From Alphaproteobacteria bacterium (lineage in GTDB: Bacteria; Pseudomonadota; Alphaproteobacteria; SP197), in the NCBI GenBank assembly GCA_964291415.2, contig OZ219917.1, forward strand, positions 544,001 to 608,000: a DNA stretch of 64,000 bases, read 5' to 3'. Under the pieces are notes generated by a model. The model searched no databases. It saw nothing but the letters and a program-made list of their open reading frames with translations, and was not told the origin of the DNA. Made by a program: the position numbers and the translations under genes. Position 1 is the first letter of the stretch. Each line of letters opens with the position of its first letter. This document shows, in pieces, positions 19,642 to 34,079 of this stretch.

Positions 19642-20459
19642 GAGGGATAGCGCAGCCGAACGCCGAGTTCCTCCCTGATCTTGCGGTTGGAGACGCGCTT
19701 GTTGTCGGCATAGAAGCTCGCAGCCATGGCGGAGAGATCCGCATTCTCAAGGGCCACGGGCCGGGGCGCCGTTGCCCCGAGGAGGCGGCAGGCGTACTCC
19801 GTGACACGCGCCGGTGATTCGGGTTCATCGTCGCACACGTTGTAGATGGCGCCTGGCGAAGGTCTGGCGATGGAGGCCTTCAGCGTGGCCACGATGTCGT
19901 CGACATGGATACGCGAGAAAACATGTCCCGGCTTGATGATGCGCCGCGCCTTTCCGGCACGCACCTGTTCGAGAACCCCGCGGCCCGGACCGTAGATTCC
20001 CGCCAGTCGGAAGACATGCACCGGAAGGCCATAGCGTTCATGCATGATGAGCCAGGCCTGTTCTGCAGCAACACGCCGCGCTCCGCGTTCCGTCGCCGGC
20101 GCCGCCTCGTCCGACTCGTCGACCCAGTTCCCCTGACGGTCCCCGTAGACGCCCGTGGTCGAGAGATAGGCCAGCCAACGCAGATCTTCGAGGCGGGCGA
20201 GGATGTCGGCGTGGTGGACCAGCGGCAGCGGCGCCTCACCGGGGACCGGCGGTATGGAATCGATGACATGCGAAGCCTGCGACAGAAGAGACGCGGCCGC
20301 TTCGCTGCCGAATGTCACGGCCTCGATTCCCTCACCGGCCAGCTCGGCAATCCGTTCCGGATCGCGCACGGTGCCGGCGACCTGCCAGCCTTCGGCCCGA
20401 AGTTCGAGGGCAAGGAGGCGGGCCGTGTATCCGAGGCCAAGGCAGAAGAGTCGGCTCAT
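19548..20459 (-). CDS. NAD-dependent epimerase/extended SDR
   Basis: GLGYTA, YLSTTGVYGD, RLAGIYGPGR, FSRIHVDDI, YPSYREGL. Confidence 0.88.
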   Translation of the reverse strand: MSRLFCLGLGYTARLLALELRAEGWQVAGTVRDPERIAELAGEGIEAVTFGSEAAASLLSQASHVIDSIPPVPGEAPLPLVHHADILARLEDLRWLAYLSTTGVYGDRQGNWVDESDEAAPATERGARRVAAEQAWLIMHERYGLPVHVFRLAGIYGPGRGVLEQVRAGKARRIIKPGHVFSRIHVDDIVATLKASIARPSPGAIYNVCDDEPESPARVTEYACRLLGATAPRPVALENADLSAMAASFYADNKRVSNRKIREELGVRLRYPSYREGLAALAASSSPSSVRPSSIRSGSRDKR

Positions 20460-21583
20460 CGGATGTCGGATCCCTCGATCCACTCGCGCCTGACCTGAGG
20501 GTCATCCTCCGCGGCGAGGTGGCGTGCCCTGGCGGCAGCGAAATGCGCCGCCGGCGCCAGGCGGGAGAGTGCCCACACCGCCATGGCTCTCACCAATGCC
20601 GAAGGATCCGCCAACCTGTTCTCGACCACGGGAAGGGCGTCACCATCTCCGCTGTTGCCCAGGGCGATCATGACATTGCGCACAAAGCGGTCGCGGCCCG
20701 TGCGCTTGACGGCGCTGGCCGTGAAGAGGACGCGGAAGGCAGCGTCATCGAGGGCGGCAAGGCTCGCCAGCCGCGGCCGTGTGAGTTCGGACCGCGGCAG
20801 GAAGTCAGCGTCCCTGGCAGCCCGGGCGAACTTGTTCCACGGGCAGACGGCAAGGCAGTCGTCACAGCCGAAGATGCGGTTCCCCATGGCGGCCCGGAAT
20901 TCCCGGTCGATGTGGCCCTTGTGCTCGATGGTGAGATAGGAAATGCAGCGTCGCGCATCGAGCCGCCAGGGTGCGGGAAAGGCATTGGTCGGACATATGT
21001 CGAGACACCTCCGGCAGGATCCGCAGTGGTCGCCTTCTGCCTCGTCCGCATCGAGTTCCGCCGTGGTGACGATGAGGCCGAGGAAGAACCACGAACCCAG
21101 CTGCCGCGACACCAGGTTGGTGTGCTTGCCCTGCCAGCCGATGCCGGCGCGGCCTGCCAGCGGCTTTTCCATGACAGGGGCGGTGTCGACGAAGACCCTG
21201 ACCTCGCAGGATGCCTCGCGGGCCAGCCATGCGGCCAGGGCCTTCAGGTGTCTCGAGACCACCCGGTGATAGTCCCGCGCCCGCGCATAGCAGGAAATCA
21301 CACCGCGGCTGCGCGCCTTGAGGTCCTCCAGGGGGCTGGTGTCCGGACCGTAGTCCCTGGCGACGGCAATGACGCTCCTGGCGCCGGGCAGCAGGGCCTG
21401 CGGGTCGGCGCGATCTGTCAGGCGCCCGGCCAGCCATGCCATGTCTCCGTGGTAGCCTGCCTCGACGAAGCGCTCCAGATCCTCGCGCCAGCGCGGATCG
21501 CCTGTCGCACGGGTGACGCCGCATGCGGCAAACCCGAGATCCTGCGCCTGCTCCTTCAGACGGCTGGAAAGCGTCACCGCCAC
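20456..21583 (-). CDS. queG: tRNA epoxyqueuosine reductase
   Basis: VDTAPVMEK, CGSCRRCLDICPT, CISYLTIE, GCDDCLAVCPWN. Confidence 0.95.
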   Translation of the reverse strand: MAVTLSSRLKEQAQDLGFAACGVTRATGDPRWREDLERFVEAGYHGDMAWLAGRLTDRADPQALLPGARSVIAVARDYGPDTSPLEDLKARSRGVISCYARARDYHRVVSRHLKALAAWLAREASCEVRVFVDTAPVMEKPLAGRAGIGWQGKHTNLVSRQLGSWFFLGLIVTTAELDADEAEGDHCGSCRRCLDICPTNAFPAPWRLDARRCISYLTIEHKGHIDREFRAAMGNRIFGCDDCLAVCPWNKFARAARDADFLPRSELTRPRLASLAALDDAAFRVLFTASAVKRTGRDRFVRNVMIALGNSGDGDALPVVENRLADPSALVRAMAVWALSRLAPAAHFAAARARHLAAEDDPQVRREWIEGSDIR

Positions 21584-21694
21584 GACGGCTCGCTCCGCCG
21601 CCTCTCGGCAACGTCGCCTTCGTCTCCGGGAAACGTGCGGTGTCCGGGACGGACTCCGATCCGGTGCGGGTGCGCAGAGGTCCGGCGCACCCGC

Positions 21695-22369
21695 TCAGAA
21701 GTCAGGGTCGGCATAGTGATCGTCCGGCGGCATGCCGGCGAGGCGGTCGTGAAGGATCGGCCGGAATGACGGCCGCGACTTGATCCTGGCGTACCATTCG
21801 CGGGTTGCCCGCGAGGAGGACCAGGGCATGTCGCCGACATAGTCGATGCAGGAAATCTGCGAGGCCGCGGCAATGTCGGCGAGACTGAAGCGCTCGCCGG
21901 AGAGCCAGAAGCGCGTCGCCAGCAGCCTTTCCATGTCGTCCAGGTGCAACCGCAGTCTGCCGCGTGCCGCCGCCAGCACCGCGGAGTCGGGCTTGCCACG
22001 CCTTTGGCGCCACTTTTGGATTTTCTCCTCGATGATCATGCGGGTGACGTCCTGGTACATCCTGCCGTCGAACCAGGCGACAAGGCGGCGGGTTTCCGCA
22101 CGTTCGGCAGGATTCCTGCCAAGCAGATCCGGCTCCTCGTGGATGTCCTGGAGGTACTCGACAATCGCCTGGCTGTCGGCAAGGGCGGACCCGCTGTCAT
22201 TGATGAGGACAGGAACTTCGCCGGCCGGAATGAGGGCACGGAACTCTTCGCGCTGCAGCGAGGCGTCCTCCCGGGTCAACGAGAAGGCCACACCCAATTC
22301 GTCGAGGACGACCCTGACCTTGCGGCAGAACGGTGACATCGGATCGTGGAACAACTCGGGCAAGACCAT
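21695..22369 (-). CDS. Glutathione S-transferase family protein (FtsZ-binding FzlA-like position)
   Basis: SPFCRKVR, GEVPVL, DSQAIVEYL, WYARIKSRPSFRP, HYADPDF; next to queG. Confidence 0.88.
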   Translation of the reverse strand: MVLPELFHDPMSPFCRKVRVVLDELGVAFSLTREDASLQREEFRALIPAGEVPVLINDSGSALADSQAIVEYLQDIHEEPDLLGRNPAERAETRRLVAWFDGRMYQDVTRMIIEEKIQKWRQRRGKPDSAVLAAARGRLRLHLDDMERLLATRFWLSGERFSLADIAAASQISCIDYVGDMPWSSSRATREWYARIKSRPSFRPILHDRLAGMPPDDHYADPDF

Positions 22370-22437
22370 CCCTCGTGGTGCGGCCGGGAAGTTTATGGAC
22401 CGGCCGACGGGGTGGATTCAACCATCCTGCGGCAGGT

Positions 22438-26948
<4,511 letters not shown>

Positions 26949-26952
<4 letters not shown>

Positions 26953-28349
26953 GGCGCGTCCAGCTCCTGGTGAATGGAATCGGCCGCCTGCCTCGCATCA
27001 CGGATCGCCCACACCACCAGCGATGCACCGCGGGCGATGTCACCGGCGGCCCACACCCCGGGCACGCTGGTCCTGCCCGACGGACCGGCAGTCTTCACGG
27101 TCCCGTCGGCCTCGGTTTCGAGATCGTCGAGCGAGAACATCTCTGCGACCGGTTCGGGGTCGAACCCCAGGGCCTTGAGTACCAGCGTTGCCTCGATGCC
27201 GAACCCCTTGCCCTCGACCCGCAGTGGCCGCCGCCGCCCGTCGTTGTCGGCGTCTCCAAGGCGCATGCGCGACACCTTCACCGTGGCCACCCGGTCGTCG
27301 CCGTCAAAGGCCTCCGGGACGGACAGAAACTCGAAAATGACCCCTTCCTCGATGGCATAGCTCACTTCTCGCTGGCTGCCGGGCATGTTGTCGCGATCAC
27401 GGCGGTAGAGACAGGTCACGGCGCGCGCCCCCTGACGCACGGCCGTGCGCACACAGTCCATCGCCGTGTCGCCGCCGCCGACGACAACAACGCGGTGACC
27501 GGCGGCATCGGGAACTGCGCAATCGGCGACATCCATGCCGAGACCGCGGCGGTTGCTGGCGATGAGGTAGTCGAGGGCGGGGACGATGCCATCGAGTCCG
27601 ACTCCGGGAGCCCGGATGTCGCGTGCCTTGTAGACACCGGTGGCAAGCAGCACGGCGTCGTGCCGGGCGCGCAGATCGGCGAAGGCGATGTCGCGTCCGA
27701 TGTCGGTCCCTGGATGGAAGGTGACACCGCCTTCACGGAGCAGGTCGACGCGGCGCGAGACGACATGTTTCTCGAGCTTGAAGTCGGGGATGCCGTACAT
27801 CAGCAGACCGCCGGCCCGGTCGTGCCGGTCGTAGATCTCGACCCGGTACCCGTAGCGCCGGAGTCTGTCGGCCGCCGCGAGACCGGCCGGCCCGGCACCG
27901 ACGATGCCCACCGACTGGTCGCGTTCGCGCACCGGTACGGGAGCACGCACCCAGCCGTTGTCGAATGCCGTTTCGGTGATGTAGCGTTCGATGGTGCCGA
28001 TGGTGACCGAATCGAATCCCTTCTCGATGACGCAGTTGCCTTCGCACAGCCGGTCATGGGGGCAGATGCGGCCACAGATCTCCGGGAAAGTGTTGGTGGC
28101 CGAGGCAATCGCGTAGGCCTCCTCGAGCCGGCCTTCGGCGGTCAGCGCCAGCCAGTCGGGGATGTTGTTGTGAAGCGGGCAGTGAATCTGGCAGAACGGG
28201 ACACCGCACTGCGAGCAGCGCGAGGCCTGGGTGACAGCGCTCGCGGGAATGAACTCATCGTAGATTTCGCGAAAGTCGCGACGGCGCTCCCCGGCGAGGC
28301 GCCTGTAGGGCCGTTGTTGCGGCACGTCGACAAAGGAAAGGAGGGTCAT
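26949..28349 (-). CDS. gltD: Glutamate synthase small subunit
   Basis: RCSQCGVPFCQIHCP, GAGPAGL, GGGDTAMDC. Confidence 0.96.
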
Positions 28350-28456
28350 GGGAGCTGACGCGGGAAAATAGGTCAGACATTATGCCACAATTCTGCGACG
28401 GCGCCACCCTGATCTTTCGTGTTTGGTGAAAGGGAGCGCAAAGCTCTTCATTTCAA

Positions 28457-28471
28457 GTCAGCATAGCTGAC
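28457..28471. promoter_or_regulatory. Palindromic operator candidate in the gltD/uppP divergent region
   Basis: GTCAGC-ATA-GCTGAC; a related half-site AGGTCAG at 28370-28376. Confidence 0.4.
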
Positions 28472-28622
28472 CTTTATTCGAGCTGTGTCTTTCCATATGC
28501 TGAACCATGACCGGTGAGACCCCCATGATCTTGGTGCCTCCGCCCGGGGTGCCCATGGTGCAGCGCCATCATCTGAAGATCACCGGCGCCGCAATGCGGG
28601 GGTCGTTTCAGATGGGTGTATC

Positions 28623-29399
28623 ATGACGTGGTTGCAGCTGGCCGTGCTGGCCCTTGTCCAGGGCATCACCGAGTTCCTTCCGGTGAGTTCGTCCGGTCAC
28701 CTGGTTCTCGCGTCGAACGTTCTGGACTGGCCGGACCAGGGGCTGGAGATCGACATCGCCGTCCACGGCGGCACCCTGCTGGCGGTCATCCTCTACTTCC
28801 GCAAGGAGATTGTCCGCCTCTTGAGGGCCAGGGAGGCCGCCGACCGCCGTCTCCTGGCGGTCATCATCGTGGCGACGGTGCCGGTGGGTGCGGCGGGCGT
28901 TTTTGTCCATGCCACGGGTACGGACATGCTGCGTGATCCGGCGCTCATTGCCTGGACGACCCTCGGGTTCGGACTCCTGCTTCTCGTGGCTGACAGGCTC
29001 GGCGGGACGGAGCGCCCGCTCGAAGGCCTCACCTGGCGTGGCGCCTTGGTAATCGGGCTCTTCCAGGTGGCCGCCCTTGTTCCCGGGACAAGCCGCGCCG
29101 GGGTCACCATCACGGCGGCCCGCTTTCTCGGCTACCGGCGGACGGACTGCGCCACCTTCTCGATGCTGCTCTCCATTCCGGTGATCGCCGCCGCCGTGCT
29201 GCTGGCGGCCGGCGACATGGCCGCATCCGCAGACACGGCTCTCACCGGTCCTTTCCTGGCGGCAGCGGCGCTCTCGTTTGGCGCCGCCCTCATTACCATC
29301 CGCCTCTTCATGGCATGGCTGGCACGGGCATCCTTCACCCCCTTCGTCATCTACCGCGTGCTTCTCGCCGCCCTGCTCCTCGCCTGGCTTCACCAGTAG
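28623..29399 (+). CDS. uppP: Undecaprenyl-diphosphate phosphatase
   Basis: VQGITEFLPVSSSGHL and PGTSRAGVTI motifs. Confidence 0.95.
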   Translation: MTWLQLAVLALVQGITEFLPVSSSGHLVLASNVLDWPDQGLEIDIAVHGGTLLAVILYFRKEIVRLLRAREAADRRLLAVIIVATVPVGAAGVFVHATGTDMLRDPALIAWTTLGFGLLLLVADRLGGTERPLEGLTWRGALVIGLFQVAALVPGTSRAGVTITAARFLGYRRTDCATFSMLLSIPVIAAAVLLAAGDMAASADTALTGPFLAAAALSFGAALITIRLFMAWLARASFTPFVIYRVLLAALLLAWLHQ

Positions 29400-29555
29400 C
29401 ACGCCGCGCCCCGGCGTTCGGGTCGCGTCATGACGTGCGCCGCCGATGAACCTGCAAACCGGCATTCCGGACAGCGGCCCGCCGAGGCCCTGGGAATGGT
29501 CCGGTGCCCCATTCCAGGGAGGTAACCCTGCCGCACGTCGTGTGCGGCGCGCCCG

Positions 29556-30533
29556 TTACCCGGGAGCGCTGCCACCTCGGCGGTAGAGGGAGAGATAGGA
29601 AGGCACCACCAGTTCGGGGGCGGTGGCCTCGATGCCGAGGTCCTTCAGGGTGGCGGCATCCGGGGCCACCACGTTGTCGGATTCGAGAAGCAGGGCCTGA
29701 TCGTATGTAAGCGGTGGCTGCGGCAGGCGCTCGAGGAGACGCCCCGTGAGCGGTGGCTGTGGCAGGCGCTCGAGGAGACGCCCCGTGAGGCGTGCGGCGG
29801 CGAATGGCAGCGGCAGCAGCACGACACGCCGGCGCGTCTCGCGCCGTATGAACTCCATGAGATGGCGGAAGGTCGAGATCACGGGTCCGCCAAGTTCGAA
29901 GGTTCGTCCGCGGGCACCGTCATCGTCGAGGGCGGCGGCAATGGCCGCCGCGACATCGTCGACATAGACCGGCTGGAACCGCGTCGCACCGCCGCCGAAG
30001 AGAGGAATGACCGGAGAGCGGGCTGCCAGGCGGCCGAACAGGTTGAAGAAGCCGTCTTCCGGTCCGAAGACGATGCTCGGCCGGAGAATGACAGCATGGG
30101 GCATCGCGGCCTTCACCGCATCCTCCCCGGAAGCCTTCGAGCGGGCATAGGAGGAGGGCGCGCGGTCCGAAGCGCCAATGGCCGAGACATGGACCATGGC
30201 GCGCACTCCCTCTGCCGCTGCCGCCCGGGCAATGTCGCCGGGGCTCTCGACATGCAGCCTGGCAAAGGTGCGCTGGCCCCTTTCGTAGAGAATGCCGACC
30301 AGGTTGACGACAGCGTCGGCTCCGGCGATGCGCTCTCTGACCTGGCGCTCGTCGGAGATGTCGGTGGCGACGGCAACGATCTGTCCGACATCGCCCGCTG
30401 TCTGCAGGAAGGCGGCTCTGCGTGGCCGGCGCACGGCAACGATGACCCGCCAGCCACCGGCGGCCAGCCGGCGGACGGCATAGCGACCGATGAAGCCGGA
30501 ACCGCCGAAGACAACAACCGTCCCAACAGCCAT
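29556..30533 (-). CDS. Complex I NDUFA9-like NAD-dependent SDR
   Basis: VFGGSGFIGRY, VNLVGIL, RPSIVFGPED, FQPVYVDDV; carries a 13-aa internal duplication. Confidence 0.9.
   Translation of the reverse strand: MAVGTVVVFGGSGFIGRYAVRRLAAGGWRVIVAVRRPRRAAFLQTAGDVGQIVAVATDISDERQVRERIAGADAVVNLVGILYERGQRTFARLHVESPGDIARAAAAEGVRAMVHVSAIGASDRAPSSYARSKASGEDAVKAAMPHAVILRPSIVFGPEDGFFNLFGRLAARSPVIPLFGGGATRFQPVYVDDVAAAIAAALDDDGARGRTFELGGPVISTFRHLMEFIRRETRRRVVLLPLPFAAARLTGRLLERLPQPPLTGRLLERLPQPPLTYDQALLLESDNVVAPDAATLKDLGIEATAPELVVPSYLSLYRRGGSAPG
29711..29788. repeat. 39-bp tandem duplication (2 copies, 1 mismatch)
   Basis: gcggtggctg[c/t]ggcaggcgctcgaggagacgccccgtga twice; encodes LTGRLLERLPQPP twice. Confidence 0.95.
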
Positions 30534-30610
30534 GAAGACCTCCAGCAACACCGGCTGCGGATGATTGAGCCTTGAGGGCAAGGCGTCAATTGCCCAGAGG
30601 GTGTTGCCAC

Positions 30611-30640
30611 TTGACAGGTTTCCCCTGCGCCCACTAGGAG
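30611..30640 (+). promoter_or_regulatory. Putative sigma70 promoter of tRNA-Leu
   Basis: TTGACA-N18-TAGGAG, about 10 nt before the tRNA. Confidence 0.55.
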
Positions 30641-30649
30641 AGGCGTCGT

Positions 30650-30736
30650 GCCCAGGTGGCGGAATTGGTAGACGCGCAGGTTTCAGGTACCTGTGGGGGA
30701 GACCCCGTGGAAGTTCGAGTCTTCTCCTGGGCACCA
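30650..30736 (+). tRNA. tRNA-Leu(CAG)
   Basis: GCCCAGGTGGCGGAATTGGTAGACGCG; anticodon arm CAGGT-TTCAGGT-ACCTG; long variable arm; TTCGA; CCA end. Confidence 0.97.
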
Positions 30737-30863
30737 GCGCCGCCCGACCTTGTTCCTGTGGGCAGGTGCGGTTAGCCTTGCCATGCTCTGATCGCCTGTC
30801 AATCCGGCGTCTTCCCGGGTTCGCAGGCGTGGCGGGTCAGCCCTCTTCCACCTCAGCTGTCAC

Positions 30864-31475
30864 ATGGCCAACCTTCTCTATCAGGGAGATCTTCCCTCCG
30901 GCCTTGATCTCGGGGCCACGATCGCTGTCGATTCCGAGACCATGGGCCTCAAGCCCATGCGTGACCGACTGTGCCTCGTTCAGCTTTCCAGCGGCGACGG
31001 CAATGCCCATCTCGTGCAGTTCCCCCGGGGCGACCTCGCGGCTCCGCGGTTGCGCGCGCTCCTGACAGATCCCGGCACCCTGAAGATCTTTCACTTTGCC
31101 CGGTTCGATCTCGCTGCAATCCGCCACCACATGGGTATCGTCGTGTCACCGGTCTACTGCACCAAGATCGCGTCCCGCCTGGTGCGGACCTTTGCCGAGC
31201 GGCACGGCCTCAAGGATCTGTGCAAGGAACTTCTCGGAGTCGACATCTCCAAGCAGATGCAAAGCAGCGACTGGGGGGCGGGAGAACTGTCGAACCGGCA
31301 GCTCGACTACGCGGCTGCGGACGTTCTCCACCTCCATCGACTGAAGGCGGAACTCGATCGCCGGCTGGAGCGCGAGGAACGCACGGAGTTGGCCGAGGCC
31401 ATTTTCCGCTTTCTGCCGACCCGTGCCGAACTCGATCTTCTGGGCTGGAACGATCCGGATATCCTGGACCACTGA
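30864..31475 (+). CDS. rnd: Ribonuclease D-like 3'-5' exonuclease (short form)
   Basis: AVDSETMGL, FHFARFD, YCTKIAS, SSDWG, YAAADV (DEDDy). Confidence 0.9.
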   Translation: MANLLYQGDLPSGLDLGATIAVDSETMGLKPMRDRLCLVQLSSGDGNAHLVQFPRGDLAAPRLRALLTDPGTLKIFHFARFDLAAIRHHMGIVVSPVYCTKIASRLVRTFAERHGLKDLCKELLGVDISKQMQSSDWGAGELSNRQLDYAAADVLHLHRLKAELDRRLEREERTELAEAIFRFLPTRAELDLLGWNDPDILDH

Positions 31476-31479
31476 TCCG

Positions 31480-32130
31480 ATGGCCAGCCCGCCCACAGAC
31501 GGCCTCACCCCGGATGACGCCCTGCCGCATCCCCGTCACCGCTCTCTGCTGCGCTACACGCGCATCGTCCGCCTGCTGCGCTGGCTGTTGCCGCTGTGCG
31601 CCCTCGCCCTTGCCGTCTTTCTGCTGTTGTGGCCGACCTTCAATCTCATCGAGTTGCCTGATGTGATTCCGATCCGTGGACTTGAACAGCCGACGGCCGA
31701 GCGCTCGACCATGACCAATGTCAGGTTCCTTGGAACGGACAGCGATGGCCGGCCCTTCACCATCCGCGCCCGAACGGCTTGGCATGGTTCGGACAGGGAT
31801 GACATGGTGTTTCTCGAGGGTGTGAGTGGCTCCATTACCGTCGGTGACGGCGAATGGACGTCCCTGGAGGCCGATAGCGGCTACTTTGAACAAAAAAGCC
31901 AGGTGCTCACCCTTGAATCGTCTGTTCAGGTCATCTCCAGCAGCGGGTATCGTCTTGAAAGCGAGCGCGTTCTCATCGACCTGGAGCGGGGGATGGCGCA
32001 CAGCGATGCCATGGTCAAAGGCACCGGTCCGTCGGGAGATCTCGCGGCGGAGGGATTCGTGGTCAGCGACCATGGCGGCAAGTTCACGTTTTCCGGCGAC
32101 GTTGAAATCTCGCTTCAGCCGGGTGATTGA
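31480..32130 (+). CDS. lptC: LPS export protein LptC
   Basis: Single N-terminal TM helix, GTDSDGRPFTIRA, beta-rich body; upstream of lptA/lptB. Confidence 0.82.
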   Translation: MASPPTDGLTPDDALPHPRHRSLLRYTRIVRLLRWLLPLCALALAVFLLLWPTFNLIELPDVIPIRGLEQPTAERSTMTNVRFLGTDSDGRPFTIRARTAWHGSDRDDMVFLEGVSGSITVGDGEWTSLEADSGYFEQKSQVLTLESSVQVISSSGYRLESERVLIDLERGMAHSDAMVKGTGPSGDLAAEGFVVSDHGGKFTFSGDVEISLQPGD

Positions 32131-32357
32131 ACGGACCTGTACGCGACCCCTGTGGACGGCGGTCAAGTATCCCTTGAAGCGCCACCGGGGCGTCAGGTAT
32201 GGTAGGCGTGGTTAGGAGTGAAGGAGCCACTTTCACGGGTGGTGTCTGTGGCGAACCTCCACTATACCTCGTGGAAATGTAACCGTCCGGGACATCCAAA
32301 GACCATGCATCGCGTTTTCCGGACAGCACTCTCCGGCGATCAACTCAAGAGCCTCCC

Positions 32358-32864
32358 ATGAACAAACTCGAGAGTCTCGCGGTCATTGGTGTTCTTGGTC
32401 TGCTTCCGGTGCTGCCGGCAGCGGCGCAGATGTTCTCGATCAGCGACTACAACAGCGGTGAGCCGATCGAGGTGTCGGCCGACAGTCTCGATGTCGATTC
32501 GGAATCGCGGGATGTCACGTTGTACGGCAGTGTCCAGGTCATGCAGGGCGAGTTGACCGTGCGCGCCGATACCATGGTCGTGCACTACAATGACGACGGA
32601 GACGGCAACCGCGTCGAATCCATCCAGGCGAACGGCGACGTTGTGGTTCTCACCGATGACGGCACGGCACACGGCGACGCCGGTCTGTGGTCGGTGGCCT
32701 CGGGTATCGTCATCCTCGAGGACAATGTGCGGCTGGTGAACGACGATGCCGTTCTGACCGGCACGAAGGTGACGCTTGACCTGGCGAGTGGACAGGTCAA
32801 CATCGTTGGCGGAGAGGAAAGGGTGAACATACTTCTGAGTGCTGTCGACGAAGGCGATCAGTGA
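32358..32864 (+). CDS. lptA: LPS transport periplasmic protein LptA (OstA-like)
   Basis: Signal peptide, PIEVSADSL, GSVQVMQG, ANGDVV. Confidence 0.88.
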   Translation: MNKLESLAVIGVLGLLPVLPAAAQMFSISDYNSGEPIEVSADSLDVDSESRDVTLYGSVQVMQGELTVRADTMVVHYNDDGDGNRVESIQANGDVVVLTDDGTAHGDAGLWSVASGIVILEDNVRLVNDDAVLTGTKVTLDLASGQVNIVGGEERVNILLSAVDEGDQ

Positions 32865-33625
32865 ACGCGACCTATGAGAGCGGACCCGTCCTGGTCAGTC
32901 ACAACCGGGGTCTTGTCGCCTCCAACCTGACCAAGAGCTATCGCAAGCGTCCCATTGTCCGCAACATCAGCCTCAATGTGCATGCCGGAGAGGTCGTGGG
33001 TCTCCTCGGTCTCAATGGTGCCGGCAAGACGACGTGCTTCTACCTCATCACAGGCCTGGTGGCCGCCGACGCCGGCACGATCACGCTCGATGGTCACGAT
33101 GTCACGGGATTGCCGATGTACCGGCGGGCGCGCCTCGGCATCGGCTATCTGCCGCAGGAAGCCTCGATCTTCCGTGGCCTGTCGGTCGAGGCCAACATCA
33201 GGGCCGCCCTTGAGGTCGTCGAGGACGACTACGATGTCCGCGAGACCATGCTCGATTTGCTTCTTGCCGAGTTCTCCATTTCACACCTGCGCCACACCCC
33301 CGCCGTGGCTCTCTCGGGGGGAGAGAGACGACGCGTCGAAATCGCCCGTGCCCTTGCCTCGCGTCCCTCCATCATGCTGCTGGACGAGCCGCTTGCCGGG
33401 ATCGACCCCATAGCACTCGGCGACATCCGCGAGCTGGTGGCCCAGATCAAGGACAGCGGTATCGGCGTGCTCATCACCGATCACAACGTGCGCGAGACCT
33501 TCGGCATCGTCGATCGCGCCTACATTCTCCACGAGGGCACCATCCTCATGGAAGGACCGCCCGAGGACGTTGCCGCCCACAGGATCGTTCGCGAGGTCTA
33601 TCTCGGCCGCCAGTTCCGCCTCTAG
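32861..33625 (+). CDS. lptB: LPS export ABC ATP-binding protein LptB
   Basis: GLNGAGKTT, YLPQEASIFR, LSGGERRRVEIARALA, ITDHNVRET, VYLG. Confidence 0.96.
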   Translation: MNATYESGPVLVSHNRGLVASNLTKSYRKRPIVRNISLNVHAGEVVGLLGLNGAGKTTCFYLITGLVAADAGTITLDGHDVTGLPMYRRARLGIGYLPQEASIFRGLSVEANIRAALEVVEDDYDVRETMLDLLLAEFSISHLRHTPAVALSGGERRRVEIARALASRPSIMLLDEPLAGIDPIALGDIRELVAQIKDSGIGVLITDHNVRETFGIVDRAYILHEGTILMEGPPEDVAAHRIVREVYLGRQFRL

Positions 33626-34079
33626 GCGTCGTCGACTGACCGGCACTGATTGGGCAGCGTGGCGCTTCGCGGTTCATCTGCCGGCAGTTTCGTCCATCCG
33701 GGCGCGAGATCGTGTCCCGAGCCGTGGTGTACCATCACCACGGGTTAGACATGGCAACACGAAACCTGAAGTGCCCAACCGTCGTTTCTCGATTTCATGC
33801 CCATATACAACATGTTAAAGGACACTGCAAGAGCAGGAGGCGTTCCCGAGAGGCAACGCTGCTCATGTGAGTCGCGACGGTCTCGTTGCCGGTCACCGTC
33901 TCGCCGCGATCGTCGTACAGGTTATACCAATGGGAATTGCAACCGGCGGCCGAATTGAGGCATCGTGTCATCGCCTTGTCGCCAGCCTACGAATCCCCGT
34001 CACCGTTCCGGATACGGAAGGGCAGTTACAATGTCCGGGGATGTACCGGCGGCGCTGAACCGGTCGGGTATCGCCTGTT

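Noticed and set aside
33630-34079. Spacer with a hairpin (CCGTGGTG/CACCACGG, 33722-33743) and short ORFs; considered as rpoN remnant or sRNA
   Set aside because: No RpoN-like peptide was recognised and no known RNA motif; the hairpin alone is insufficient.
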